DNA of 64,000 bases from Desulfomonilia bacterium (GTDB lineage Bacteria > Desulfobacterota > Desulfomonilia > UBA1062), in the NCBI GenBank assembly GCA_050014195.1, contig JBEKDT010000007.1, positions 32,001-96,000 of the forward strand, in the 5' to 3' direction. Of the stretch, positions 50,037 through 58,694 are shown piece by piece. Position 1 is the first letter of the stretch. Each line of letters begins with the position of its first letter. The position numbers and the translations under genes were made by a program. Below the pieces are notes generated by a model. That model ran no database searches. It saw nothing but the letters and a program-made list of their open reading frames with translations, and was not told the origin of the DNA.

Positions 50037-50211
50037 AGTTGAAAGGCAAAAAAATGAGAGGATACCCTGAAGATACATTCTGGCAAAGTCTGATCATATA
50101 TTACAAGGCATGCATAGCCCAAGAACGCGGGCTTTCCGAGTTGTAAAGAAGATCCATACTTGAGAAATATGCTTTCATAAAAATCTGTTATAACTATTTG
50201 ATTATATTGTA

Positions 50212-50239
50212 TGCGCCGATAACAAGGAGTATGTAAAGC
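50212..50239 (+). other. dif-like XerC/XerD site (degenerate)
   Basis: TGCGCCGATAA-CAAGGA-GTATGTAAAGC, 11-6-11 layout; XerC arm 10/11 identical to the 56525 site. Confidence 0.6.
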
Positions 50240-50360
50240 TGGCGAGGTCAAGGTATTTTACATAGACTGTACTAAACTGTGGATTTTGAGCTGGAGAACA
50301 AGATCTGCCATCCGGACTCTTAACTCAATGATTTGACTTGTCTCGAATTAATGATTCAGT

Positions 50361-50822
50361 TTATTGTTCTATGATCAAATCATCCCTGATATCTATACAG
50401 CCTATGACGCTTTGAGCTGCAGGACAAAAGGGGAGATAAAGAGAAAAGGCCTCTTTTGCCTCTCCGATCTTCTCCTGAGGCAATCTGAGATGGTAATTCA
50501 CTCTTATCCGAGTAATCTTGAGTATACCATTGACGTTCTCGATATCACCTTCAACATCTGCCCAGAATTTATCTTCGGGGGTGGGGATCTTTTTTCCGGC
50601 CAGCACCGTGGCCAGTGTTCCCATCATTCAGGCAGCTACTGCTGCTACGATATGATCAAGGGTCGCAGCATGTTCCTTTTCAGGTTCAACTTTATAAAAC
50701 TTCTTTATCCCCCCATGAACACCATAATATACAGGCTCATTAAACCCTTCAATGAGTGCTTTTCGGGTGGGGCCTTTTTCCCGAAAAATCTTGATGCGTG
50801 AAGTGTGAACGATCTCTCCCAT
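50361..50822 (-). CDS. OsmC-family selenoprotein (UGA at 50628-50630)
   Basis: Two in-frame ORFs joined by TGA: AAVAA-U-MMGT with downstream FCPAAQS Cys; SECIS-like hairpin at 50596-50615. Confidence 0.85.
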
Positions 50823-50911
50823 TTTTCACCACCTCTTTTCATCATATTCAGGATATCAGTTTATTACCGTTTGATCACCATGTGCTGAGCAAAGGTATCT
50901 CCAGTTGTAAA

Positions 50912-51904
50912 CTATTTTTCAAGAGCTCCCTGGCAGGATGAACCTGCACCTGCAGTACAGGAAAAGCAGTGATTGCCGATGACGATCTTCCGGTTTCTCA
51001 ATCTTTCAAAATCAAAATTGTTGATATAGTTTGAGGGAGTACATTCAACCGTCAGACCCAGCATCTGGTTAAAGTCACAGTCATACAAGTGCCCATCCCA
51101 TCCTACGGACAGGGTATTCCGGCACATCAGACAATGAATGGTAGAAGGGTTAAAGGATGTATCGAGGGCATGCATGTAATCTTCAAAATTCTCCGACCGT
51201 ATAAGATAGTCGAGATATCTTCCCACTGGGCAGTTGACAAGGCAGTAGAGGGTATTGAAGACTACCCTGTGTTCGCTTTCCAGTCTGGTTTTATATTCAT
51301 GCTCAAGGGCCTGCTGTGTCCCGGGCAGGTAGGTGCCCACGGGATTGTAGACCAGATCCAGGACCAGGCCACTCCCAGGTTTACCATATCCCCGCTCATT
51401 GAGCAGCCGCATCACTTCCAGGATTCGTTTGAAAACACCTTCACCCCTTTGTCTGTTGACCCGTTCTTCATGGTAATCGGGCAGGGAGGCAATGATCTCG
51501 ACTTTGTTATCTGCATAAAGATCAATGAGGTGCTCATAGGGCTCTTCAAGGAGGATCACAAGGTTTGAGCGAACCATCAGCCTGCGATTCAATCCGGCAG
51601 CTTCCTGAATAAACCAGGGAAGCTCCGGATTCATTTCCGGAGCACCACCGGTAATATCTATGGTGCCGATCGGATGATCACGGAGCACCTGAAGGCATTT
51701 CTCGAAAACTTGCCTGTCCATTACCTCTGGCCGGTTAGGCCCGGCCTCAACATGGCAGTGCCTACACGAGAGGTTGCATCTCTTACCAACATTTATCTGG
51801 AGTATGTCGATGGAATTAGCGCAGAGAGGTGAGATAATCCTCTTATGAAACGATATATTCAAAGGATTGTCATTGAGCAGCCTGACCTGTTCAGAAGACG
51901 TCAT
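50912..51904 (-). CDS. ArsS-family radical SAM protein (DUF3641)
   Basis: LQINVGKRCNLSCRHCHV, DITGGAPE, MCR, YDCDFNQML, HCFSCTAGAGSSC. Confidence 0.9.
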   Translation of the reverse strand: MTSSEQVRLLNDNPLNISFHKRIISPLCANSIDILQINVGKRCNLSCRHCHVEAGPNRPEVMDRQVFEKCLQVLRDHPIGTIDITGGAPEMNPELPWFIQEAAGLNRRLMVRSNLVILLEEPYEHLIDLYADNKVEIIASLPDYHEERVNRQRGEGVFKRILEVMRLLNERGYGKPGSGLVLDLVYNPVGTYLPGTQQALEHEYKTRLESEHRVVFNTLYCLVNCPVGRYLDYLIRSENFEDYMHALDTSFNPSTIHCLMCRNTLSVGWDGHLYDCDFNQMLGLTVECTPSNYINNFDFERLRNRKIVIGNHCFSCTAGAGSSCQGALEK

Positions 51905-51905
51905 G

Positions 51906-52241
51906 CTACATTTCCTTCTTCTTGATGACCTTTCTCATCTGGGTGGAATGGGCCAGGACATCACCGGCTGTCATGGCAGCTCCGACATGTACTGCTTCCA
52001 TCATCTCATCGCTGGAAACACCAAGCGAGAGGCACTTATTGGTGTATGCATCAATGCAATACGGACAGTGACGCACAGTCGCCACCGTAAGAGCTATTAA
52101 TGCCTTTTCTCGCTCAGTGAGCACACCGGGTCCTGTTGCCTCGGCGTAATATTCAAAGAAATTTTTACCCTGTTCATGGGCATACTCTGTTATGTTCGGG
52201 AAGTCCGCCAGATCCTTAGGCTCATAGTAGTTATCCGACAT
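51906..52241 (-). CDS. CMD/AhpD-family peroxidase-like protein associated with ArsS-family radical SAM
   Basis: LTEREKALIAL...CPYCIDAY, MMEAVHV. Confidence 0.88.
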   Translation of the reverse strand: MSDNYYEPKDLADFPNITEYAHEQGKNFFEYYAEATGPGVLTEREKALIALTVATVRHCPYCIDAYTNKCLSLGVSSDEMMEAVHVGAAMTAGDVLAHSTQMRKVIKKKEM

Positions 52242-52355
52242 TCATGTTTCCTCCTTAAAGGTATATGTTCCACTGAAAAGCTTCAATATGAGACTATTCA
52301 CCATTCATTATTAACATTATGAAAAGGATCGTTCAATTTATCAGGAAAATGCATT

Positions 52356-53429
52356 TTATTTCTCAAACAGTTTAAGGTACTGGCCGTATCCCTCCTTCTG
52401 CAGGTCTTCCTTGGGGATGAACCGCAAGGCAGCCGAGTTCATGCAATAGCGCAGTCCCGTAGGAGGTGGGCCATCATTGAACACATGCCCAACATGAGAA
52501 TCTGCATGCTTGCTCCTGACCTCTGTCCTTGTAGTGAACAGGGTATTGTCCTGCTTCTCCACGATATTGCCCGGCTCCAGAGGCCGGGTAAAGCTTGGCC
52601 AGCCGGTGCCGGAGTCATACTTATCCTTGGAGCTGAACAGTGGTTCTCCGGAGACGATGTCCACATAGATCCCTTCATGTTTGTTGTTCCAATATGCATT
52701 ATCAAAAGCCGGTTCTGTTCCATCTTTCTGGGTTACCTTGAACTGCATTGGCGTGAGCTTCTTTTTCAGAACCTCTGCACTCGGCTTGGTATACGAACCT
52801 GTTCCGGTCTTACCCGGCACATACTCCCTGTCTTTCCCCCAGACCTCGTCAAGAAACTTGTCACGGCCCGAGTTGAACCGGTAGTACTTATACCGGATCG
52901 GGTTTTTCTTGTAGTAATACTGGTGGTATTCTTCTGCCTTATAGAACGGGCCAGCCTTCACGATCTCTGTGACTATGGGCTTATTAAATCTGCCGGATCT
53001 TGCAAGCCTATCCCTGGACTCCTCGGCGAGCTTCTTCTGCTCATCGTTATGATAGAAGATGGCGCTCCTATACTGGTTTCCCCTGTCCACAAACTGCCCC
53101 CCTGCGTCAGTCGGGTCTATCTGTCTCCAAAACACCTCCAGCAGTTCCGCATACGAGATCTTCGCAGGATCATAAGTTATCTGGATGGATTCTGCATGCC
53201 CTGTTGTCCCGGATGAGTTCTCCTCATAAGTGGGGTTGACAGTATGCCCCCCGGTATATCCAGAGAAAACCTCCTTCACCCCAGGGAGCTTATCAAAGGG
53301 ATGCACCATGCACCAGAAGCATCCCCCGGCAAAGGTGGCCAGTTCATATTTTGTGTTAGCTGCGTTCCCGGTAGATAGTGGTAATACAAGCAGCATGGGT
53401 ATCAATCCTTTCATGATTTTTCTAATCAT
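52356..53429 (-). CDS. msrAB: Exported bifunctional methionine sulfoxide reductase MsrA/MsrB
   Basis: Signal peptide; [18 protein letters not shown] (MsrA); GWPSF, HVF.DGP, RYCMNS (MsrB). Confidence 0.95.
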   Translation of the reverse strand: MIRKIMKGLIPMLLVLPLSTGNAANTKYELATFAGGCFWCMVHPFDKLPGVKEVFSGYTGGHTVNPTYEENSSGTTGHAESIQITYDPAKISYAELLEVFWRQIDPTDAGGQFVDRGNQYRSAIFYHNDEQKKLAEESRDRLARSGRFNKPIVTEIVKAGPFYKAEEYHQYYYKKNPIRYKYYRFNSGRDKFLDEVWGKDREYVPGKTGTGSYTKPSAEVLKKKLTPMQFKVTQKDGTEPAFDNAYWNNKHEGIYVDIVSGEPLFSSKDKYDSGTGWPSFTRPLEPGNIVEKQDNTLFTTRTEVRSKHADSHVGHVFNDGPPPTGLRYCMNSAALRFIPKEDLQKEGYGQYLKLFEK

Positions 53430-53595
53430 CTTTTATTCCTCCTGAATCATTGGAAACTTGTAGATGTTTATGTAGGGTTGCCTTGTGTAAAAAGAAACCC
53501 ATATCTAACTATCTTTAATTTTCAGCGAACATAAAACTGAGATGACACGACCCGGACATTCATACACCTCATTCCCGGCTTGACAGGAAGGATGC

Positions 53596-53904
53596 TCATG
53601 GATTCGTTCCCAGTGTCTCCTTATATGTTCCTGCCTTCTTCAACGCCTTTTCCATTTCGACGACGGTTACCTTTGCCGGGTCATAGAAAACAGTGTTTAT
53701 TTCTTGAGAACGATAAAATCCTTTTTCGACCCTTGTTACGCCTGGAAGCCTCTCCAAGGCCTCTTTGCCGACGTCATATCAAGCCACAACAAATATAACC
53801 TTTTTCTCTTCATCAGAAGCCTGCGCAGTCCAATGTACCCCGCATAGGAGTAAAAGCAGGAACCCAGCAATGGCAAACTTCCTCATAAGAAAGCCATTAT
53901 TCAT
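53596..53904 (-). CDS. Secreted 102-aa mini-MsrA/HMA-fold selenoprotein candidate (UGA at 53779-53781)
   Basis: GAAAGGAG RBS, signal peptide ending AQA, in-frame TGA at codon 42, SECIS-like hairpin at 53745-53763, ungapped alignment to the neighbouring MsrA active site; absent from ORF track. Confidence 0.8.
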
Positions 53905-54066
53905 TGAGCATGCTCCTTTCGTCTTGGTTTTTGATCTCTCCTAATAAAATTAAGGTTCTTATTTGAATAAACCAGAGAGACTTGAGATGCCCAATAAATA
54001 CCGAAGTCCTACAACGAAACTACTAAGGAAAGGCTTTACCTTGAATATGATTAGGAGTGGTGTTCT

Positions 54067-55146
54067 TTAGAATCCATTATCTCTTTTGAAAAGAGCAAGA
54101 TACCGTCCGTAACCTTCTTTTGTCAGGTCTTCTTTTGGAATAAACAGCAGAGCAGCAGAATTCATGCAGTAACGCAGTCCTGTTGGTGCAGGACCATCCG
54201 TAAAGACATGGCCAAGGTGTGAGTCAGTAAGCTTACTCCTGACCTCCTTCACATCGATTCTCAGCATGTACGAGCTTCTATCCTGCTTCTCTACAATGTT
54301 TCCAGGTTCGAGCGGTTTTGTGAAGCTAGGCCATCCAGTACCGGAGTCATACTTGTCAAGAGAGCTGAATAGAGGCTCACCGGACACTATATCAACATAG
54401 ATCCCATCATGCTCGTTATTCCAGTACTCATTATCGAATGGTGTTTCCGTGCCCTGTTTCTGGGTCACAGCAAATTGCAGGGGTGTGAGTTCCTTTTTCA
54501 GTTCAACTATTGAAGGTTTTTTATAATCCTTATCTGTATATCGTGGGAGCGCAACACTGTTTTTCTCTGTCCATATCTTTTTCAGATAATTATCACGTCC
54601 CGAGTTATAACCAAGGGGATTCTTCTTGAAATAATGCTGATGGTATTCTTCTGCGGGATAGAACTCCGTTGCCTTAGTAATTTCTGTCACAATAGGTCTA
54701 TCAAACCTTCCTGATTCTTTAAGGGCCTGTTTTGACTGCTCGGCAAGCCGCTTTTGATTATCTGTATGATAGAAGATCTCAGTTCGATATTGTGAGCCCC
54801 TGTCAACCATCTGACCGCCACGATCTGTAGGGTCTACTTGCTTCCAGAAGACATCCAGGAGCTGTGGATAGGTAATCTGAGCAGGATCGTATGTGACCTG
54901 GATTGCTTCAGCATGTCCTGTCCTACCGGCTGATACTTCTTCATAGGTTGGGTTTTTAGTATGACCACCGGTGTATCCGGTTATCACTTCAATGACACCT
55001 GGGATATCTTCGAACGCAGCATCCATGCACCAGAAGCAGCCGCCTGCAAATGTAGCTATCTCGTATTTTGTGTCAACCGTATAGCCGGAAGAGACTGGCA
55101 GAATAAAAAGCATTGCTGTCAATCCTATCAATATTTTCCCGATCAT
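54067..55146 (-). CDS. msrAB: Exported bifunctional MsrA/MsrB (paralogue)
   Basis: Signal peptide; [18 protein letters not shown]; GWPSF, RYCMNS. Confidence 0.95.
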   Translation of the reverse strand: MIGKILIGLTAMLFILPVSSGYTVDTKYEIATFAGGCFWCMDAAFEDIPGVIEVITGYTGGHTKNPTYEEVSAGRTGHAEAIQVTYDPAQITYPQLLDVFWKQVDPTDRGGQMVDRGSQYRTEIFYHTDNQKRLAEQSKQALKESGRFDRPIVTEITKATEFYPAEEYHQHYFKKNPLGYNSGRDNYLKKIWTEKNSVALPRYTDKDYKKPSIVELKKELTPLQFAVTQKQGTETPFDNEYWNNEHDGIYVDIVSGEPLFSSLDKYDSGTGWPSFTKPLEPGNIVEKQDRSSYMLRIDVKEVRSKLTDSHLGHVFTDGPAPTGLRYCMNSAALLFIPKEDLTKEGYGRYLALFKRDNGF

Positions 55147-55544
55147 CGTTTATTCCTCCTGAATCGTAGCTTATTCGTAGAGTTTTATTGTAGGGTTCCT
55201 ATTCTCAAAAAGAAACCCATGCCTTTGCTGGTATAATGAAGACCATACTTGAGTATGTTAAGTTATCCGGTGAAATACATTTCCAGAACAGCCTGTGGAA
55301 AAATGGGGAAGGTGTATCTATAGGTAGATTCAAGAAACACAAAAGCAAATAATCAACCCATGACAGCAATTCCCACGATTAGACTTATTGGAGAATTTTA
55401 TGAGAAGGTATTATCAATGTCTTATAAGCTTCCTATCTTTCACATTCATAAAATTAGAATATTCTAATTTTATTTTAATCATTCTTTAATCAACATATGC
55501 ATATAGGAGAACCATAAATAAATAATTCACAGGAGGATCAACCC

Positions 55545-55940
55545 ATGAAAAAAGTTATTAGTTTAATCGCAGTAATCGCACTGGTTTGCTTCACCACGAT
55601 GGTCTTCGCAGCTGATGCAGCAAAGCCCGCTGCGGCAGCACCGATGGCAGCGGCACCCGCAAAAGCCGAGATGGCAAAGGCCGATGTAATCAAGGGCAAG
55701 ATCACCAAGATCGACACTGCAGCCAACACGATCGTTGTAAAGGGCAAGACTTTCACCATAAAGGCAGAAGATATGGCCAACCTGAAAAAGGGTGAGATGG
55801 TAAAGATTACAGCAGCAGCAGGCACCCTGAACGCAGACAAGATCGAGGTTATTAAGGCAAAAAAAGCAATGAAGAAGGCTGTAAAGAAAGAAGCAGCGAA
55901 GAAAGCAGAAGAAGCACCAGCAGCTAAGCCTGCAGAATAA
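55545..55940 (+). CDS. Secreted Ala/Lys-rich small protein with an OB-fold-like core
   Basis: AGGAGG RBS, signal peptide (VFA), IKGKITKID...IVVKG...LKKGEMVKI. Confidence 0.8.
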   Translation: MKKVISLIAVIALVCFTTMVFAADAAKPAAAAPMAAAPAKAEMAKADVIKGKITKIDTAANTIVVKGKTFTIKAEDMANLKKGEMVKITAAAGTLNADKIEVIKAKKAMKKAVKKEAAKKAEEAPAAKPAE

Positions 55941-55964
55941 TACAAGTAAAGTAGTGAATGGAGG

Positions 55965-56353
55965 ATGAAGAGGGTTGCAATATTAATCTGCATCGTCGGG
56001 GTTCTCATCTTCTCCTGCAATGGACAGAATACAGACATGTCCCAGCAGAAAGGGGGAACCCCTCCTCCTGTATCTAAGAAAGTAATCACCCCGTTAGAAG
56101 TGATGGGGAAGTTTTTTTAAATAACATCCAACTCGCTGATCCTTCCTTAGGTCTAAGACCAAAGATATTTCTCACTGGTGAAGAAGGAAGGAGATACATC
56201 TTCATTATAAGGCCCACTACAACAATTTATGGACCAGATTGGAAAGCAATATCACTTGAGAAGCTTACAGTTGGGCAGCAGGTAAGAGTCCACTATATTA
56301 CTAACAAGGAAGGGTTCCAAGTAGCTAAATCTATTAAGCCTATTCAATATTGA
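55965..56353 (+). pseudogene. Lipoprotein gene frameshifted at a T7 tract (56112-56118)
   Basis: GGAGG RBS, lipobox IFSC; stops at 56120; one extra T restores a 129-aa ORF whose second half matches the 32.1 kb remnant. Confidence 0.7.
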
Positions 56354-56524
56354 TAATGGGTGCCAAGGCAATCCTTTAGCGATATTATATAGTTCTAAAC
56401 ATAATCGATACTCGTCAATGAATCAGATGATGTGTAACTAACTTTAAGTTATTTGTAATTCCTCAGATCTACTTATTCAGTTCAAAGACATGGTATGATT
56501 GATTGAGGACTTATATTGGAAAAT

Positions 56525-56552
56525 CGCGCCGATAATTAAGGTTATGTTAAAT
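56525..56552 (+). other. dif/cer-like XerC/XerD recombination site
   Basis: CGCGCCGATAA-TTAAGG-TTATGTTAAAT; XerD arm identical to the canonical E. coli dif arm. Confidence 0.8.
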
Positions 56553-56623
56553 AAGAACTGTATTATTCAATAGTTACATGTTATTAACATTTACACCATG
56601 CGTTTGCAACAATTTTCTCTCTG

Positions 56624-57208
56624 CTATCTGCCGGCGTATAAATCTGAATGAGCTCGATGTTCAAGGTAGTTCTTAATATACCTTTCTGTGAGTGGTTTGT
56701 TGCCCTTGATGATAAGCAAATTCTCGGCATTCTTTTCCTCAGCGGCCTTAGTAAAATTGAACGATCCGGATATGAGAGTATCACGGTCCAAACACATTAT
56801 TTTATTGTGAGCTATGGCGTGGGCTGTGTCTATATAGGTGGTTATCCCAGCATGAGCCATGAAATCTGCAGATGAATACTTTTCACTTCTCTGACTCTTG
56901 TCCAGGATCACCTCTACCTTAACACCTCTCTTGTGGGCATCAAGTAAGGCCTTGGCAATCGGCTTGCTTGTGAAAGAATATGCCTGCACCAGAATTTCTT
57001 TCTTGGCATGATTGATCTCCTGCACTATTGCCTCGGTGCAGCCACCTTTTGGGCTGAAGTAAACATCGGTGGTCCCTACTGATTTGAATTCTTCTGCCTG
57101 AGCCTGGCTTAAAGGCATAATGTAAAAGAACACCAGGAAAAGTAATGAATAGGCGATTAATTTCTGTTGAGTACAAGATTCTGATTTCATCTTTCCGAGC
57201 TTCATCAT
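56624..57208 (-). CDS. Exported PLD-family endonuclease (Nuc-like)
   Basis: Signal peptide; VYFSP.GG, AYSFT, single HNK....D...SGSFNF...A...N.EN. Confidence 0.9.
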   Translation of the reverse strand: MMKLGKMKSESCTQQKLIAYSLLFLVFFYIMPLSQAQAEEFKSVGTTDVYFSPKGGCTEAIVQEINHAKKEILVQAYSFTSKPIAKALLDAHKRGVKVEVILDKSQRSEKYSSADFMAHAGITTYIDTAHAIAHNKIMCLDRDTLISGSFNFTKAAEEKNAENLLIIKGNKPLTERYIKNYLEHRAHSDLYAGR

Positions 57209-57348
57209 CTTAACTTCTCCTTCTATAGTTAAAATTGCTCCAATGGCGCATTATCATTCAAGGGAAAAGTAAAAGTGGGCATAGGGTTGAGGAGGCCGGG
57301 AACCGACAGACTGTAACCTAGAGCCGGCAATCCTTGTAAAGAGCCATG

Positions 57349-57768
57349 TTAAGAGCATTTATTAGATAAATTATCATTGATTTTACATGCGATATTATCA
57401 AGGTTTTTCAGCTCGCACTCCCATACAACCAGAACATTCCAGCCAAGAGATTGTAATTCAGCTTGGTTTTTTGCGTCTCTCTCGATATTTTTTCTTATTT
57501 TATCAATCCAGTATCCGGCGTTTGCTTTTGGGGTTCGCTTTCCTCTTGGGCAGTCATGGCCGTGCCAGAAGCAGCCGTTAACGAAGATCACCTTTTTTCG
57601 GGAGGGGAATACGAGATCCGGTTTGCCTGGGAGATCTTTACGGTGAAGACGGAAACGATACCCAAGTCTGTGCGTTAACGAACGAACCTTCATTTCGGGA
57701 GATGTTCCCTTCCCCCGAATACGACTCATAACCCAACTACGTTTCTCCTTGGAAAAAACATCGGTCAT
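57349..57768 (-). CDS. vsr: Very short patch repair endonuclease
   Basis: RS.VMSRIR, LPGKPDLV, GCFWHGH, VWECE. Confidence 0.93.
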   Translation of the reverse strand: MTDVFSKEKRSWVMSRIRGKGTSPEMKVRSLTHRLGYRFRLHRKDLPGKPDLVFPSRKKVIFVNGCFWHGHDCPRGKRTPKANAGYWIDKIRKNIERDAKNQAELQSLGWNVLVVWECELKNLDNIACKINDNLSNKCS

Positions 57769-58694
57769 TGGGTCAAGTCAATCCGAAGGCCAGGATCGGT
57801 TTCACACTCGTCAATGATGGAGTTGTACTCGGAAATTAGTTGCTCCGCGGTGGTTCGCCTTCCTGCCTGAGCAAATTTACCGATTTCGTACAGGTTACCC
57901 GCAAGGAACTGTTCTGCCTCGAACACATCAACCCTGTCCGCCATATCGGCCTGGTCGGCCAGCCCCTCAGCGAGCAAAGCACCACGATATGTGGTGATGA
58001 TGACGGGTTTCATGCCATTATCCAAATTCCTTCGGCATTTTCGAATCAAAGCCTCGGAGGGAGAAGTGGTGACATGGATTACAACATCTTCAACAATGAA
58101 GTCGCCCTCACGCCCTGAAACGTCATCTGCGACGTTTGCCCCATGATGCTGAAGCGGTGAATCAAGAAGAATGTTCAGTTTCGCCCCGACCAGGTGTTGC
58201 AGCATGGTTCCTACATATGTCGATCCGTTGGCCTGCGCTTGCCGCTTTTCAGCTTGTAATAGTAGATCTCTTATCACCGTCCTTAACGATTTGGAGGCGT
58301 CGAATCTAAGCACAAATGGTTTTCCAGAGAAAAACTCCTTAACACGCTCAATCCACCATGCTTCAACTTGTTCAAAATCAATAGGATTTTCGGAGTGGAG
58401 ATTGTTTAGAAAATTAACGTACTTCCGCATGTTGCCCACGCTGCCTCTGCTGGTGCGCCCACCTTCCTCGGCCAGAACGCGATCAACCCCATGCTCTTTA
58501 AGAATAGACTGAACAGCCGACTTACCTAAACCCATAACCTGTCCGCCACCATCAGTGAGCAATGCTTCCGGGTCAAGCGGCATCCCGATTTTATTGCCAT
58601 GCCGCGTAACGACCAGCGCCACGCAAATAGGCCCTTTGCCCTTCATGCGATTTTTCTGAGCGAATTCCTTCAGCTTTTCATCAATGGACATCAA
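57765..58694 (-). CDS. DUF4928-family protein (putative restriction endonuclease)
   Basis: EGGRTSRGS, LQHLVGAKL, AD....R.GDF....IHVT; lies between MTase and vsr with overlapping stop/start codons. Confidence 0.75.
   Translation of the reverse strand: MMSIDEKLKEFAQKNRMKGKGPICVALVVTRHGNKIGMPLDPEALLTDGGGQVMGLGKSAVQSILKEHGVDRVLAEEGGRTSRGSVGNMRKYVNFLNNLHSENPIDFEQVEAWWIERVKEFFSGKPFVLRFDASKSLRTVIRDLLLQAEKRQAQANGSTYVGTMLQHLVGAKLNILLDSPLQHHGANVADDVSGREGDFIVEDVVIHVTTSPSEALIRKCRRNLDNGMKPVIITTYRGALLAEGLADQADMADRVDVFEAEQFLAGNLYEIGKFAQAGRRTTAEQLISEYNSIIDECETDPGLRIDLTQ

Noticed and set aside
50912-50960. Selenocysteine in the ArsS-family C-terminal motif
   Set aside because: The codon is TGC (SSC) and the gene ends at TAG; this copy is the Cys form.
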